Positions 25,846-64,000 of a stretch of 64,000 nucleotides of DNA are shown here, piece after piece. The position numbers and the translations under genes were made by a program. The stretch lies in the NCBI GenBank assembly GCA_964252035.1, contig OZ176200.1; one strand, 5' to 3'. The notes below the pieces were generated by a model. That model was not told the origin of the DNA, ran no database searches, and saw nothing but the letters and a program-made list of their open reading frames with translations. Within the stretch, counting starts at the first letter, position 1; each line of letters opens with the position of its first letter. The DNA is from Podarcis erhardii (lineage: Eukaryota).

Positions 25846-26253
25846 GGCCAACTCAAAAATGACTTTGTAAATAGCATTTTTAATGCAAAACATTTTCTTT
25901 CCTGTAAATACATTTACTTATTTCCTATGCAGTTATATTTTTAAGTCAATCTGTTGTCTTGTACTGAACTAGCTTCATCTAATGAGAAAATATAGGCCAC
26001 TGGTGTCAGCTAATTCAGTTTTAACTATCTGAAAATGGGTTGTTAACAGCTTCAAACCTGCAACTAGTAATACTTAACTTCTTTTGTGAATGTCTTCTCT
26101 AGATTCACTTACCATCTTCTGGAATAGCTGAAAACTAAAATATTATTCCAGCTGTGGACCAAAAAAAGTGTATTGTATAAGATAAAAGGAACAAAATTAA
26201 GTTTTAGATGAATTTAATTGAGTGTTTTTATATAACTTTGTTTTACTAATTTC

Positions 26254-26259
26254 ATTAAA
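26254..26259 (+). terminator. Candidate NUSAP1 polyadenylation signal (ATTAAA)
   Basis: ATTAAA ~410 nt after the stop in a U-rich 3'UTR, followed by GU-rich sequence; inference only. Confidence 0.4.
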
Positions 26260-28345
26260 GCAATATTGTTGACAGTATGTTGTGCAACTTGGATAAAAGT
26301 TAATTTTAAATCAGTGAACACTATTACACAGCTCTCCCACTAGAGCTATTCTCTACTGCTGTAGGTGCTCTGAACCTGTTAGCAACAATAATAGTTCATA
26401 TGGTGGTTAGTTGTATATTCTCTACAGCAAAAGTTGCAAACCTTTTCAGGTCCATGAGCATCTTTTAATTTTTGAGTCTGCTTTTCTGATGTTTATTTTC
26501 CAGCTGCAGACTGGGGAAAGGTTTCAAATGCTATACTTTTCAGATGGCTGAGGATGCATTTCCAAGTACTATGAGGTTTCTAGTTCTGCCTGGCTGGGGT
26601 CACTTCTTGCTTCCCTGCCATTGGCAGCCATCTAGTCTTCTGTGTAGGGCCGCCATCTAGTCTTCTGTGTCTACATTTGTGAGACATTACAGAATTAATG
26701 CCTATTCAACTGCTGAAGCTTTTTCTGGTAGGAGAGTACTGCAGCAGGTGCCAGTAAGAGTAGGGTCCACAGCTGGTCCCACCCATCTGAGTAGCTTTGA
26801 TACATCCCATCCAAGGATTCCCTCCCCTCTGCAGGAAAATGTGACATTGGACCTCCTTTCATGCAGGGGCAGGGGGACCCTAACCGCCCTAGGTTAGTTT
26901 GGGTCATTGGCTGTAAGTTGGACAAATTTATATATTTTTTAGTATTCTCTCAAATTGGGTACCCTCTAGTTCAGTTCAATTTTGTACTGGTTTTATACTG
27001 GACGCTCTTCCTCAAGTCTTGTTTTGCACTTTGTCAGCTGGCGTGTTGTGTCTATGAGCTGCAGTCCTTTTCTCCAAAGTTAACATTATCTTTTCTTCCA
27101 AGCTGTATGACCTTGTCTAATTCACATATTTTGCCTGTGAAGCAAATTGGAGGGACAACCCATCTGAGGATCCACTCCATCCCTCATGGGAGGTCCAATG
27201 CCACATTTTCAATTGAATGCAGGAATTCTTAAATAATGAATTGGGACTTTTCTGACTTTCTGCATGAAAAAGTATTGTACTGGTGCCTGATCAAGACCAC
27301 ATAAGCTTAATCTACGTCCTGGCTGGTGATCAGTTAGGGGTGGGAATACATTTCATCACCAAGTCTGTCCCCACCCACCTTCAAGCGTATACTATAGTTT
27401 TAATCAAGGACACTGGAGGATGAGCAGACACAATACATATTTATTTTCTAAATTTATATCCCATTCAGTGCAAAACAGCACCCTGGAAGAATCACAACAT
27501 GCATTGCATAAAAAAACTACTAAAACATGTTCTTCCACCTGTCCTAAATGTCTTCGGTCAAGGCTGATCTTCAAAAGTTGCAGAATTTTTTTTTCACCTT
27601 GCTCCAAAATTAATTGTGTTGGTACCAGCCTGCAGGGAAGTGTGTTCCTTCTATGGGGTACCACCACCAAGAAAGCCTTACTCAGAGGCCCAGGCATCTA
27701 GAACTCATCATGATTTGAGCAAAAAGGCTTTAGTCACAGGCAGGACATAGTAGACACAAGGAGGGTTGAAGGAATAGCCCCTAGTGGTATTGTCCTTCCA
27801 TTTGATTGATAGCAGGTGCACACTTCCCTGTTTCCTACTCCATCATGAAGAGTTCTGATAACACAAAGATTCTTCCCACCTAAACAGAATGGAAGAGGAT
27901 CGCTTTCTGCTATTACATGTGTAGCTTGTTTTGCAAGCCTCTTACAATGAAGGGCTTCTAAATGGGTCAGATTAAGGTCAGAAAGGAATCTCTTACTCCC
28001 TCCAAATGGAATTGCAAGTAATCTCTGCACGCTAGTGGCTTTGGTCACAGCATGGATTGCATTTTTGATCGCACTCATTGGGACCCATTTCTAACAAGCT
28101 TTGGCATGTCTGCAAATTAGCTCATCCTACCCGTGATGGCTGGTAGCTACAAAAAACAGTCACAAAGAATGCAGTAGCCAGAAATGAGTTTAGGGTAGAA
28201 ATTTATTAGGTAGCCCAACAGACAAGCCCCCAAAGCCTTCTACATCACTCATTAGTTAGCTATTCGTTTCCCATAAAATACTTGCCTCTTTTTCTTCAAG
28301 TGAAATGGATATTTCAATGTAATTTTAGACCTTTAGCCTGCTGAC

Positions 28346-28351
28346 TTTATT
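28346..28351 (-). terminator. Candidate NDUFAF1 polyadenylation signal (AATAAA)
   Basis: AATAAA on - strand ~210 nt after the stop; a second one lies at 28202-28207. Confidence 0.4.
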
Positions 28352-28558
28352 CCAACTTAGTAAACCATTAGAATGCATCCCGTCACCTAACCTTGAAAGC
28401 CACTAACTTTCAGCTACTACTGTCTTTCCACATGCTATTTTAGCAGGCCAAGGTTTTTCCCCGTCCCCTGCTGTTTGCAAATTTTGTGTAAGGGGGGGAG
28501 GGATGGTGGAAGTTTCCAGTTTCAGATGAATAGCAGTCCTCCAAATGTTCAGTAAGTT

Positions 28559-29851
28559 CTACTTCTTGGGATTTCTTTCATATAGCTCATAGGCAGTTTC
28601 CTCTGAATGGGCTGCATCACAGAACAATCCAATGAAGTCAATCTCCAGCTGAAATGGACCATTTACTTGGTCAGCTATGGTGAATCCTAAGGTACTGATC
28701 TGTTTAAAAACAACAACAATGCATAATTTGTAATGGCATTTTCCAAATTATTCCTTGAATTAACATAGACATGTGGAGGCCATAACACTTCTCTAAAAGG
28801 ATCCATTCATATTTTTTAATGGTCACTGATTGTCAGCTTATAAACACATCAGAAAACTGGTCTTGGTTTATTGGTAACTAGAAGGTATACAAATGTATGG
28901 CAAATAGCTTTGGCTGAGAAGCTAACAGGTTAGAAACAGGACAATTTCAATACAGACTGGTATTGCTTCATTGCACACATCAACAGTCACTAAAACTACA
29001 ACAAACGCCAAGCCAAACCCTACGTTTGGTCCTCCAGCTTTGCCTTCTCTTCTGATTCTACAGCAGAAGTTCCAACAGGAAAGAAGGACCCATATTTGAA
29101 GAGTTCCTCTCATCACATACTCTAGTTCAGGTTCAGCCCTCCTGGGACTTTTCAATCTCTCTGGTTCTGCTATAGGCCTTCACTGGGAAGGTACTTAAAG
29201 GACTTGGCACTGGTCAGTGCAGAAGCTCCCTGCACTTTTTCTTGGAGAGTAACAGGGCAGCTCTACAAGTTAGCCAAGAGCTAAGCGCAGGTTTCAAACA
29301 TGGAATTTGTATAAAGCACTGAAAGCTATTGCCATTTGTCTCTGTAGAGCAGGCGTGTTCTGCAGTTCAAAAGTTCTTTGCAGTTCACAATTAGTCTAAA
29401 GAGGATGGGGTATGGAGGGAAATTCCAAAAGAGCACCATCAGCATACAATTTGCAGACTTGTTTCATTGGACCCTATAGTTAAAATCTTGCACTTTCAAG
29501 TAGCAGATTTACGTGCAAGAATATTTACCTTATCTAACCAGAGTGCATGTTGGTTATCCTGGATTCTCCCCCGACTTGTAAAAAAGAACTTGGAAAACGG
29601 AATCTGCCAATAAGAAATTATTTGTTATTATTTTTTATTAAATTTATATACTGCTCTTCACAAGATCTCAGGGCTGTTCACAGAATAAAATACAAGTAAA
29701 TAATTAAAACAACAACAATAACCTCCTCCTCCCTTTAGTCAGAAGCAAGCATATTTTAAGTAACTGGTAGCAAGTGCCTTCATGCAGCTCATAATTTCAT
29801 ATTGCGATTTTCATAGTGGTGCTGGCTCTGAATACAAAGCAGGTGTGTGTG

Positions 29852-29905
<54 letters not shown>

Positions 29906-32900
29906 CGCGCTCACATTGGGATGGCTATGTAGGTAAGTTTTTTCCTACTCATTACTATTTATAATCCCTGTCACTTGTGGATAATGCAGCATTCTCTCAA
30001 CTGATTAGAACTGAAAGCACAGTTATGTACAAGAACAGGAAGATCTTTAAAAGAACAAAATAAGTTATGGGGAAGCTAGAATGAAGGATTGGTCAAGCTA
30101 TCTGTCTAGGAGGAATTACCACAGGTAAATGGAAATCTGCATGACAAAGACACATATAAACACTTGATATTTTCAACACTATATAAACTCAACAGAATAA
30201 TGCTGCATTCATGATTGGTGTTCAGTAGTAGCAGAATACTTCTCAATAAAGCTTCGTTTTTTAAAACCATATTACTATTAACTATGCAAGAGCTGTTATA
30301 GTTTCACAATGCTTAGCCTGCAAATCAGGAGAGAAATAACTGAAAGTGTTACTGCAATTTCATCCTAAGCAATAATTCTGAAAATACAACTCCATGTGAC
30401 CACAGTCACTCCTGGCCAAATACGTATCTCCCAAAATAGCCTTGTCAGTAGTCTGCAAAGAAGATACAATTGTGTACAGGCTATCTATATGCTTAATTAG
30501 GTATTATTATTTTTAAAAATTGTGAGGTAAAGGTACCCCTGATCATTAGGTCCAGTTGCGGACGACTCTGGGGTTGCGTGTTCATCTCGCTCTATAGGCT
30601 GAGGGAGCCAGCGTTTGTCCACAGACACCTTCCGGGTCATGACTAAGTCGCTTCTGGAGAACCAGAGCAGCGCATGGAAACACCGTTTACCTTCCCGCCA
30701 GAGCAGGACCTATTTATCTACTTGCACTTTTGGTGTGCTTTCAAACTGCTAGGGTGGCAGGAGCTGGGACCGAGCAACGGGAGCTCACCCTGACGCAGGG
30801 ATTTGAACCGCCGACCTTCTGATTGGCAATCCCTAGGCTATGTGGTTTAGACCACAGCGCCACCCGCATGTGTAGACTGCCCTTAATCCATACAGGTACT
30901 AGGGCATGATACCACAAAAGCATACCACAAAACCAGAAAACATCATAAAACAGTAAGAAGTAACCAAAAACAGTAAGAGAAGACTAAAATGCCAACATTA
31001 AAATACCTAGCTAAATAGATATAGACCGGCTGCAAAAATGAATGGAAACTACAGGAAACCAGTTATTTCAGGGTGGGTGCAGCCTCATGTAAAATTATAC
31101 ACCTAATTCCTGGACACAAACCAGCTACCTACAGAACCTCCATCTTGTCAGGTTTCCGCCTCATTTACTGGCCCTCATCCAGCCGACTACCAAATCCAGG
31201 CACTAGCTCAGCACCTTGACTAGCTGCCCTCACAACTCTGAGTTTATTTATCTAGAAACTGCGTCCATTTATCTTCAACAGCCTTCTGTGGGTTTCCACT
31301 TATCTCTCAAATGCTTAAAACTTTTAAGCCTGAAACCGGTGTGGAGGTACCCATAAAATCATTCTGTTTTTCACTTTTATAATTATTGCTTCTACATGTT
31401 TAAGTTTGTAAAGCCTAAAAACATCCATTTGGACTTATTTTCTATGCCCTACATATTATTTGATTTAAATAAATAGTTTGTCAGCTTACATTTCCTTTAA
31501 ACTACAGAAGAGGGACAGATGGGACTGTAGGGCCTCTTTATCAGGTCCGCTGAGAGACCAGCTCGCTCAACTATCATTATTTACAACCATTCTACCAGAC
31601 TATATAAGTGGGAAAGATGGAACTGCAGGATCGTTTCCATAGGTTTTGGTGAAAAAAACGGGAACTTTTGGCTTTTCCTCTTTACATCTTTCCATTCCAG
31701 CTGATCCCTACAAGAACTCTATAGCCTGAGATTGCTTTCCCGCTTTTTATTCCTTTTCCTTTTGTGTTGTCTCTTGGATTGTGAGCATACTTGTAACTCA
31801 CTCTGGGAACCTTTTTTTGCCTGAATAGTGGGATAAAATGTTTTTAATTTATAGACAGCCCATGTCTATTGAATTTTGGACAACTATTACTGGTAAGCCA
31901 GAGGTCCTTCAGTTGCTTATTTTCCACATGACAAGTAATACATTTTTTACACACTTATGGAAATACTCATTGTATTACCTTGATTTCCTCCCAATACGGG
32001 CCCCCACGTGTGAACATGAAGTAATTATATATGTCATCCTTCTGATGAGAGAAGTATGGGTCTGTATAGATGTTTATCATCCAGGGTCTACCATCACCAC
32101 GAACACGCAGGACTAGGGTATTGAAATTTGACCAATCATAAGGCTTCTTTCGATCAAAAGCCACCTATCAAAATACAAGATATTGCTCTAAGCCAGAGTT
32201 TTCCAAACTTCTCATGTTGGTGACACATTTTTCAGACATGCATCATTTCGTGACATAAAAATTCAGTTTTACTAGCAAACTAACCCATTCCCAGCCCCAG
32301 GCGGAGCGTGGGGAGAATTTTTGCACGACACATCTGTACACTACAGCCAACTAACTGACTAACATGTCTCAACGTACAATTTGAAAAGCTCTGTTCTAAG
32401 CCTTCCACTGAGTCAAACTTGACTTCCCCATCCCAACTAAGCTGCTTCAGTGCACTCTGAACACGTTTACACACTTTTATTGTACTGTTAATGAACTTTA
32501 GTTTTTCCAGGAAGTTAAATAAATATATACAATTTTACCAGATTTTGGAAGATTACATTACAAACTCACATTTAAGACCATGTTTTAAAGTATTTACATT
32601 TAGTTTTATTTAAGAAGCACATAATTACAAATTAGTAGGTAAAGGCTTTGAGGAAATCATGCTTTATGCCTTATGCTTTACTCATTATCCATGTAATTTG
32701 CGTGACTGAATAACATGCCTCAAACGTAATACAGTGGTGCCCCGCAAGACGAATGCCTCGCAAGACGGAAAACCCGCTAGACGAAAGGGTTTTCCGTTTT
32801 GGAGGCGCTTCGCAAAACGAATTTCCCTATGGGCTTGCTTCGCAAGAAGAAAGCCCATAGGGAAATCTCCGGGGACCTCTTTTAAATGCTAGCGGTGGGG

Positions 32901-35900
32901 AGCAAAGCCTTTTCCCCCCCTCCGGCCTTCAGAAGAGGTCCAGGAAGGCCGGCAGGGGCCGAAAGGCTTTGCTCCCCACCGCCAGCATTTTAAAAGCAGT
33001 CCGGGATAGCAGGGAAGCGCTTCCCGCTATCCCGGATGGCTTTTGAAGGCAGGCAGAGGGGAGCAAAGACTTTTGCCCCCCGCCCGCCTTCAGAAGAGGT
33101 CCTGGACCTCTTCTGAAGGCGGGCGGGGGGCAAAAGTCTTTGCTCCCCTCTGCCTGCTTTCCGGGAGAGCGGAGAAACGCTTTCTCCGCTTTCCCGGACG
33201 GCTTTTGAAGGCAGGCAGCGGGGGGGGGGAGCAAAGACTTTCGCCCCCCACCGGCCTTCAGAAGAGGTCCTGGACCTCTTCTGAAGGCGGGCGGGGGGCA
33301 AAAGTCTTTGCTCCCCCCCCCGCCGCCTGCCTTCCCGGGAGAGCGGAGAAACGCAGCGCTGCGTTTCTCCGCTCTCCCGGGAAGGCAGGCAGGGGGGACA
33401 AAGACTTTCGCCCCCCACCGGGCTTCAGAAGAGGTCCTGGACCTCTTCTGAAGGCCGGTGGGGGGCGAAAGTCTTTGTCCCCCCTGCCTGCCTTCCGGGG
33501 GCTTTTAAATCGCCCCGGGACAGCGGAAAATTCCTCCGCTGCCCCGGGGCGATTTTAAAATGCTGGCGGGCAGCAGCGCTGCCGCCCGCCAGCATTTTAA
33601 GATCACCCCAGACAGCGGAGGAATTTTCCGCTGTCCCAGGGTTTTTAAAATGCTGGTGGGCGGCAGCGAAGGCTTCGCTGCCGCCGGACAGCATTTTAAA
33701 ATCGCCCCAGGAGCGGAGAAGTCTCCGCTGTCTGGGGTGATCTTAAAATGCTGGCGGGCGGCAGCGCTGCTGCCCGCGAAGCCTTCGCTGCCGCCCACCA
33801 GCATTTTAAAAACCCCGGGACAGCGGAAAATTCCTCCGCTGTCTGGGGTGATCTTAAAATGCTGGCGGGCGGCAGCGCTGCTGCCCGCCAGCATTTTAAA
33901 ATCGCCCCGGGACAGCGGAGGAATTTTCCGCTGTCCCGGGGCGATTTAAAAGCCCCCGGGAAGGCAGGCAGGGGGGACAAAGACTTTCGCCCCCCACCGG
34001 CCTTCAGAAGAGGTCCTGGACCTCTTCTGAAGGCGGGCGGGGGGCAAAAGTCTTTGTCCCCCCTGCCTGCCTTCCCGGGAGAGCGGAGAAACGCAGCGCT
34101 GCGTTTCTCCGCTCTCCCGGGAAGGCAGGCGCGGGGGGGGAGCAAAGACTTTCGCCCCCCACCGGCCTTCAGAAGAGGTCGGGGGACAGACTGTCCCCGG
34201 ACCTGGTCTGAAGGCGGTTTCCATAGGAACGCATTAATTGATTTTTAATGCATTCCTATGGGAAACCGTGCTTCGCAAGACGAAAAACTCGCAAGACGAA
34301 AAGACTTGCGGAACGAATTAATTTCGTCTTGCGAGGCACCACTGTATTCTTTTTCAAAAAGTGATAAAAAATAAGCTGGAGTAGAACTTGGTCAAAAACT
34401 GAGTCACATGTCTTAACACATAGAACTCAAAAGACATAGCTTTAAAATGGCATGTTTGTATACTGTATTCACCTTCTCACAGTTGTGGCAGCAGGAAGAG
34501 TGTTTGGTCGATTACACAATGCTGAGCATGCTCTATAAATCAAGGTCAGTACAATTTTAATATATCTATACATTAAGCAAATACTGTTGCACACAGACCA
34601 GCAACAAATGTATCTCAGATTTATACCCTCCTCCCCTTATACCAGTGGTGTCCAGACTTTTTTCAAAGAGAGTCAGATTTGATGAAGTGAAGGGCCGTGA
34701 GGTTTTTTTAGGGTTGAACCTTTTTTTTTTTTTTAGGATTTTTACCCCAGGAAATAAACTGCCACAAGAGCCAGATTAAACCCCTGAAACGGACTTTGGA
34801 CTTGCCTGCCTTATACAGCTGTCCGTTCCGACTTTCGTTCCGACGTTCAGAAACCAAGGCATGGCTTCCAATTGGCTGCAAGAAGCTCCTGCAACCAATC
34901 GGAAGCTGCAGAAGCCGTGTCGGATGTTCGGGTTCCAAAGAACATTCACAAACCGGAACATTCACAAACTCACTTCCGGGTTTGTGGCATTCGGGAACCA
35001 AAACGGTGGACTCACAAAGCGTTTGGGATCCAAGGTACAACTGCACTGTATACAACAGTAATGTTTTATATCAAATATAACTGATCTGTAGAAAGGACTT
35101 TATGATCTGAAAATAGAGACAATATATGTACAGTCATACCTCGGGATAAATGTGCTTCAAGTTAAGTATTTTTGGGTTGCGCTCCGCGGCGACCCAGAAG
35201 TAACGGAGAGCATTACTTCCGGGTTTCACCGCACGCTCATGCGGAGAAACGCAACCTGCGCACACGCAGATGCGAGTTGCGTTCGCTTCAGGATGCGAAC
35301 AAAGCTGTGGAACGGATCCCGTTCGTATCCCAAGGTACCACTGTACTTTTGTAACACACACACACACTCTCTCTCTCTATATATAAAGAGCTTTCATCAC
35401 TAAAAGCTAATTCCACTCCTGCTTAAATAGTGCTCCTAGTTTGAAGCAAAATGACTATTACTATACTATATACTCACCAGTTGAGGTTTAGATCTCATGG
35501 AGCAGTAACCACTGTACCTGGTCTCACCATCACGAGGTACTGTAGTATTAATGTTCCCATACAACAGGGCAGACTGGTTATTCTTTCCCAGCTGCATATA
35601 GATTTCACTTTTCCCTCCAATTTCAACATCAGATGAGATTACCCATTTATCCAAATCTTCTTGACTACGAAACTCCCAAGCCACTCTTGTCTGTTCCAGC
35701 ATGTATTGCTTTAGTGGACGTCCCTCAGGCCCTTTCACATGATCAGTTACTTCTTTCACTAATCGTCCAAAATGTGTCTTGATTCCTTCCACTCCCTTCT
35801 GAAAGCTGAAGTCTATTTTCTTCCAAGGTGGGGTTCTGTCAGGAGGTGTCCCTGGTCTCCTGTAGCTACTGTACCATTTTAGATTGCAACTATCAACAAG

Positions 35901-35987
35901 AGGTCTAAACAAGGGACACAAGCAATTTTGCCAATGACATTTCTTTAGAAGACAGGCAGCATCCAAAATCTTGAGGGATGAAGCCAT
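28559..35987 (-). CDS. NDUFAF1: Complex I intermediate-associated protein 30 (CIA30), mitochondrial, 4 coding exons, 303 aa
   Basis: complement(join(35478..35987,31979..32164,29529..29603,28559..28699)); GT-AG introns; 912 nt. CIA30 motifs [96 protein letters not shown]. Likely non-coding first exon ends near 37419 (AG|GTGAGG). Confidence 0.96.
29843..29910. repeat. Compound (TG)n(TA)n(TG)n(CG)n alternating purine-pyrimidine microsatellite
   Basis: Read directly from the sequence. Confidence 0.9.
30525..30867 (-). mobile_element. Sauria SINE, near full length
   Basis: tRNA-like head on - strand (A box GGTGGCGCTGTGG ~30852-30864, B box GGTTCAAATCC 30799-30809), Sauria body, and a (TACCTT)n-type tail GGGGTACCTTTACCT. 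Confidence 0.9.
32732..34344. mobile_element. Tc1/mariner MITE expanded to 1.6 kb by GC-rich nested palindromes (NDUFAF1 intron)
   Basis: TIRs CAGTGGTGCCCCGCAAGACGAA / TTCGTCTTGCGAGGCACCACTG, TA flanks. Interior is built of repeated hairpin modules such as CCTTCAGAAGAGGTCCTGGACCTCTTCTGAAGG and GCGGAGAAACGCAGCGCTGCGTTTCTCCGC. Confidence 0.9.
34816..35043. mobile_element. Tc1/mariner MITE, degraded
   Basis: Right TIR CAAGGTACAACTG; internal GCTTCCAATTGGCTGCAAGAAGCTCCTGCAACCAATC shared with 42062-42281. Confidence 0.65.
35131..35343. mobile_element. Tc1/mariner MITE
   Basis: TIRs CAGTCATACCTCGGGATA / TATCCCAAGGTACCACTG with TA flanks. Confidence 0.8.
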
Positions 35988-37399
35988 AATAATATTCACA
36001 GAAAACTAGAATCTTTTGCTTTCCAACAAACTTTTATTTTTTAAAAAATAGCGCTTTCAATCCCCGATTAATGTTGTTTGCTTCCATCTGCAACAAAAGG
36101 AAATGAAATATTTTTTGAGCAAACATGTTGGCTTAATTTATTTTCCAAAGCTACTAAGATTTGGGTATGTGCTTAACTTTATTACCTTAAGTAGAATTAT
36201 TGGCACAGAGTCTGAGGATAATCCCTGCCTCATAAATAAGAAACAGGTATCACATTGCCCTAGTTCAATATTATTATTTTTTAAAATTGAGTGTAATAAG
36301 TATATTGTATCCAATTAGAAGCAGACTGTTTTTCTCTTTAAATGCAAATAAGGGAGTGCACACCCATCTGCACACGCATACTCTTAGCACCATGGAAAGC
36401 GTTTTTGAAATGTACTCCAGAGCTGGCTAAAAAGCAGAGATGACAATGGCAGTCATGCCCATTCAACAAAAACTCTTGGTTTAGGAATAAGCTCTTTAGG
36501 TGGCCTTAAGAAAGACATTAACAGCTCATCCTCCATGTGCAATATGGGAATATTAGCCTATTTTCCATGGTTGTTGTAGGGGATGCTGAAATAGCGAACA
36601 TGAAGTACTTTGAAAACTCAAAAGGTATCACTACTAAATCCTAATCATATGGAAAATTAGTTTATAATCTTAAAATTTTGACAGAACAGTTTTAGCTTCT
36701 GCACCATCTAGTCACCAAGTTCATTATTTATTGTTGGCTTTTTCACTGTATCTTGTAAGTTTAAAAAGATTACTTTTAGTAATAAAGAGCAGACTAGAAA
36801 TGTTTTAAATAAATGACAACTTTAGGAAAACCTGAATCTGAGGAAACAACTTAGTTCTAACTGGAAATACCAAATGAAAAACTATGGAATGTTCACCCAA
36901 GAACATCCTTCACATTTACAAATTGAGAAAAGAAGTCGATCAGTAAGTCTTCTGAAACTGTGAATAAATAACACACTAGACGTGGCATGTGAATATACAT
37001 AAAAGAACAGGCAAACGTTAAGTACAGCGGTATCACTACGCAGCTATATCCAGACTATCAACGGTATTAAGAGAGAATTCTTCCTCACGTCGACAGTTTC
37101 CGTGCATATTAACCAACAGACAACAACGGACGCCAGCAGTACTCGCCACATCACCCTTAGAGCCTATTTACCCTAACTTAAGGTTTTAATGCTGCCTGGT
37201 TTAGCTGAATAATTGTGCCCTGTTTCTAAAATGAGAGGCGCCAGGGCATAAGGCTGCGCGAATCGAACGCCCTTTCGTCTGCTAGTCCTGGAGTTTCCAG
37301 AGCTAAACCACCCGGGAAATGTAGCGGGACATTTAGCAAGGAAAGCCCACCGTTCTTGCATGCAGGCAAAAACGGCCAGTCTCACCCCCCCGCTTCAAG

Positions 37400-38277
37400 C
37401 TCAAAGTAAGCCCCTCACCTGCCTTCTGCGATGCCTCCACGCTCCGCCAGTCCGCCGCCGAAAGCCGTCCGTATGACCCCCGAGACCGAGTGCAGCTGGC
37501 TCCGCTCTCCAAGGAAACAAGAGCCTCACACTCAAGGTTCCGCGCTGCACACGGGAGAGTTCCTGGCCCAGCGCCCCCGGAACAAAAGCTCTCCCTCCTT
37601 CGGCTAAGAATTAGCCCAGAGACGTTCTCGGCCCCCTGAGAAGGACGAGGGACACTGTCGCGTTACCCTTCCTCACTTCGCAATAAGGAACGGTCGCAAA
37701 TCAGCCTCATGTAGGCCTACGAAATACCACAGGCTTCAGGAAGTCCCAGTAGGCCAAAACCTAGAAACGGCCGTTTAAGGAGAGCCCGGCTCACAGAATG
37801 CTTTTACAGTATGACTGAGGGCTCGTTTATTCCTAAAATGCTGCTTTCATTTCTTCAGGGGAAACAAGACCCTTCGCACTCCCTGCCACACCCCCCCCCG
37901 CCCCCCTCTCGCCCGCGCGCCGCTTCCTCGCAGCGCCATCTTCGAGGGCCAGGGGCCGGACCCAACTGACGCGGGACCGCCTCTTTGTTCCACCACAACG
38001 CCCGCCCCCTCCCTCCCCGTTCCGACTGGCCACTGGCCCGCCGCTCCTCGACCCCGCCCCCATTCGGTGCCAGGCCCTTCGCCCCGCCCCAGAAGGCGGG
38101 GCGTCGCATGGCGCATGCTCGGTGCCCTTTGTGTCCCGGGCTCGCTAGCTGGCGGGCGAGCGGCTGGCTCGGCAAAGGCCCGGCCGCTCCGAGTGTCTCG
38201 CCGCTCGCGCCTGCGGGGCCCGCCGTGAGGAGCAGCGGCAGCAGCAGCAGCAGTAGCGGAGCGCCGCCAGCGCCGCC
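37400..38277. promoter_or_regulatory. Bidirectional CpG-island promoter of NDUFAF1 and RTF1
   Basis: CpG-rich ~37150-38800 between divergent genes; YY1-like CGCCATCTT (37934-37942), GC boxes (~38051, ~38080), NRF1-like GCATGGCGCATGC (38106-38118). Confidence 0.8.
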
Positions 38278-63523
<25,246 letters not shown>

Positions 63524-64000
63524 GCAAACCCCACTCTCTGCTGCTTCTGATCCTGCATGCTACATGATATCCCGCCCTTTATTTTCTTCCCTCCTTCTTC
63601 AGTTTGCCCTTCGGGGTTGGAGCAGCAACAGAGCTGGGAAGAGACTCTTTAAAATTGCCAGCCATCTGTAATATAAATCATTGACTCTTTACTGTATAGA
63701 CCTCCATTTCTTGCCCTTTTCTGCCACCCACAAATATGGATCCATGCTATTTTTAGTTTTGTTTTGTTTGTTAATACAGCTATTTGGAGTTGGCTGTATG
63801 TATTCAGTGTTAACCTGGAGTCTGGATTTCTGCAGGAATCTGTTGGTGGCAGAAGCAGTGTTAGCACTTGGCTGTCTCAACCACCACAAGCAAGGAAAAT
63901 TAAATCGTGGCACAAGACCTCTTGTGAAGGTCGCCTGCACTTTTTTCCTCATCTTCTCTCCCCTTTCTCCTAGCTGTGGAGAAGGGTATATTTTACGAAC

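Noticed and set aside
26624-26670. 19-bp direct repeat GCCATCTAGTCTTCTGTGT x2
   Set aside because: A simple 25-bp tandem duplication with no intervening element; no evidence of function.
27404-28078. 97- and 114-aa - strand ORFs between NUSAP1 and NDUFAF1
   Set aside because: No family similarity and no consistent exon chain; more simply downstream or 3'UTR sequence of NDUFAF1.
30799-30867. tRNA gene calls for A/B-box sequences (also 22150-22207 and 47040-47100)
   Set aside because: These are SINE heads followed by SINE bodies, without a full cloverleaf.
32929-34248. Cluster of 90-170 aa repetitive ORFs and a CRISPR-like look of the repeated palindromes
   Set aside because: Produced by the GC-rich palindromic MITE interior. 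No unique spacers, no cas genes, eukaryotic context.

Overview
Vertebrate genomic DNA, very likely a squamate and probably a lacertid lizard (inferred from Sauria/Squam-type SINEs and lizard-type L2/RTE/hAT/Tc1 repeats). It carries the conserved block OIP5(-) / NUSAP1(+) / NDUFAF1(-) / RTF1(+), syntenic with human 15q15.1. I built all four CDSs by hand from splice sites and each closes in frame: OIP5 5 exons/233 aa, NUSAP1 12 exons/449 aa, NDUFAF1 4 coding exons/303 aa, RTF1 18 exons/669 aa. Two bidirectional CpG-island promoters drive the two head-to-head pairs. The first ~5.8 kb occupies the syntenic position of the lncRNA Cyrano (OIP5-AS1). It holds a block resembling the Cyrano core as I recall it, but I could not find the miR-7 trigger site in the window. 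RTF1 intron 6 contains a young 3.15-kb internally deleted endogenous retrovirus: LTRs ~98.6% identical, tRNA-Met-like PBS, open betaretrovirus-like gag, gamma-type env TM remnant, no pol. Introns also carry many hAT and Tc1/mariner MITEs, two of them with large nested palindromic expansions, plus SINEs and LINE fragments with nested insertions. Most entries in the supplied ORF track are spurious. All homology calls come from memory of the protein and repeat families, not from database searches.
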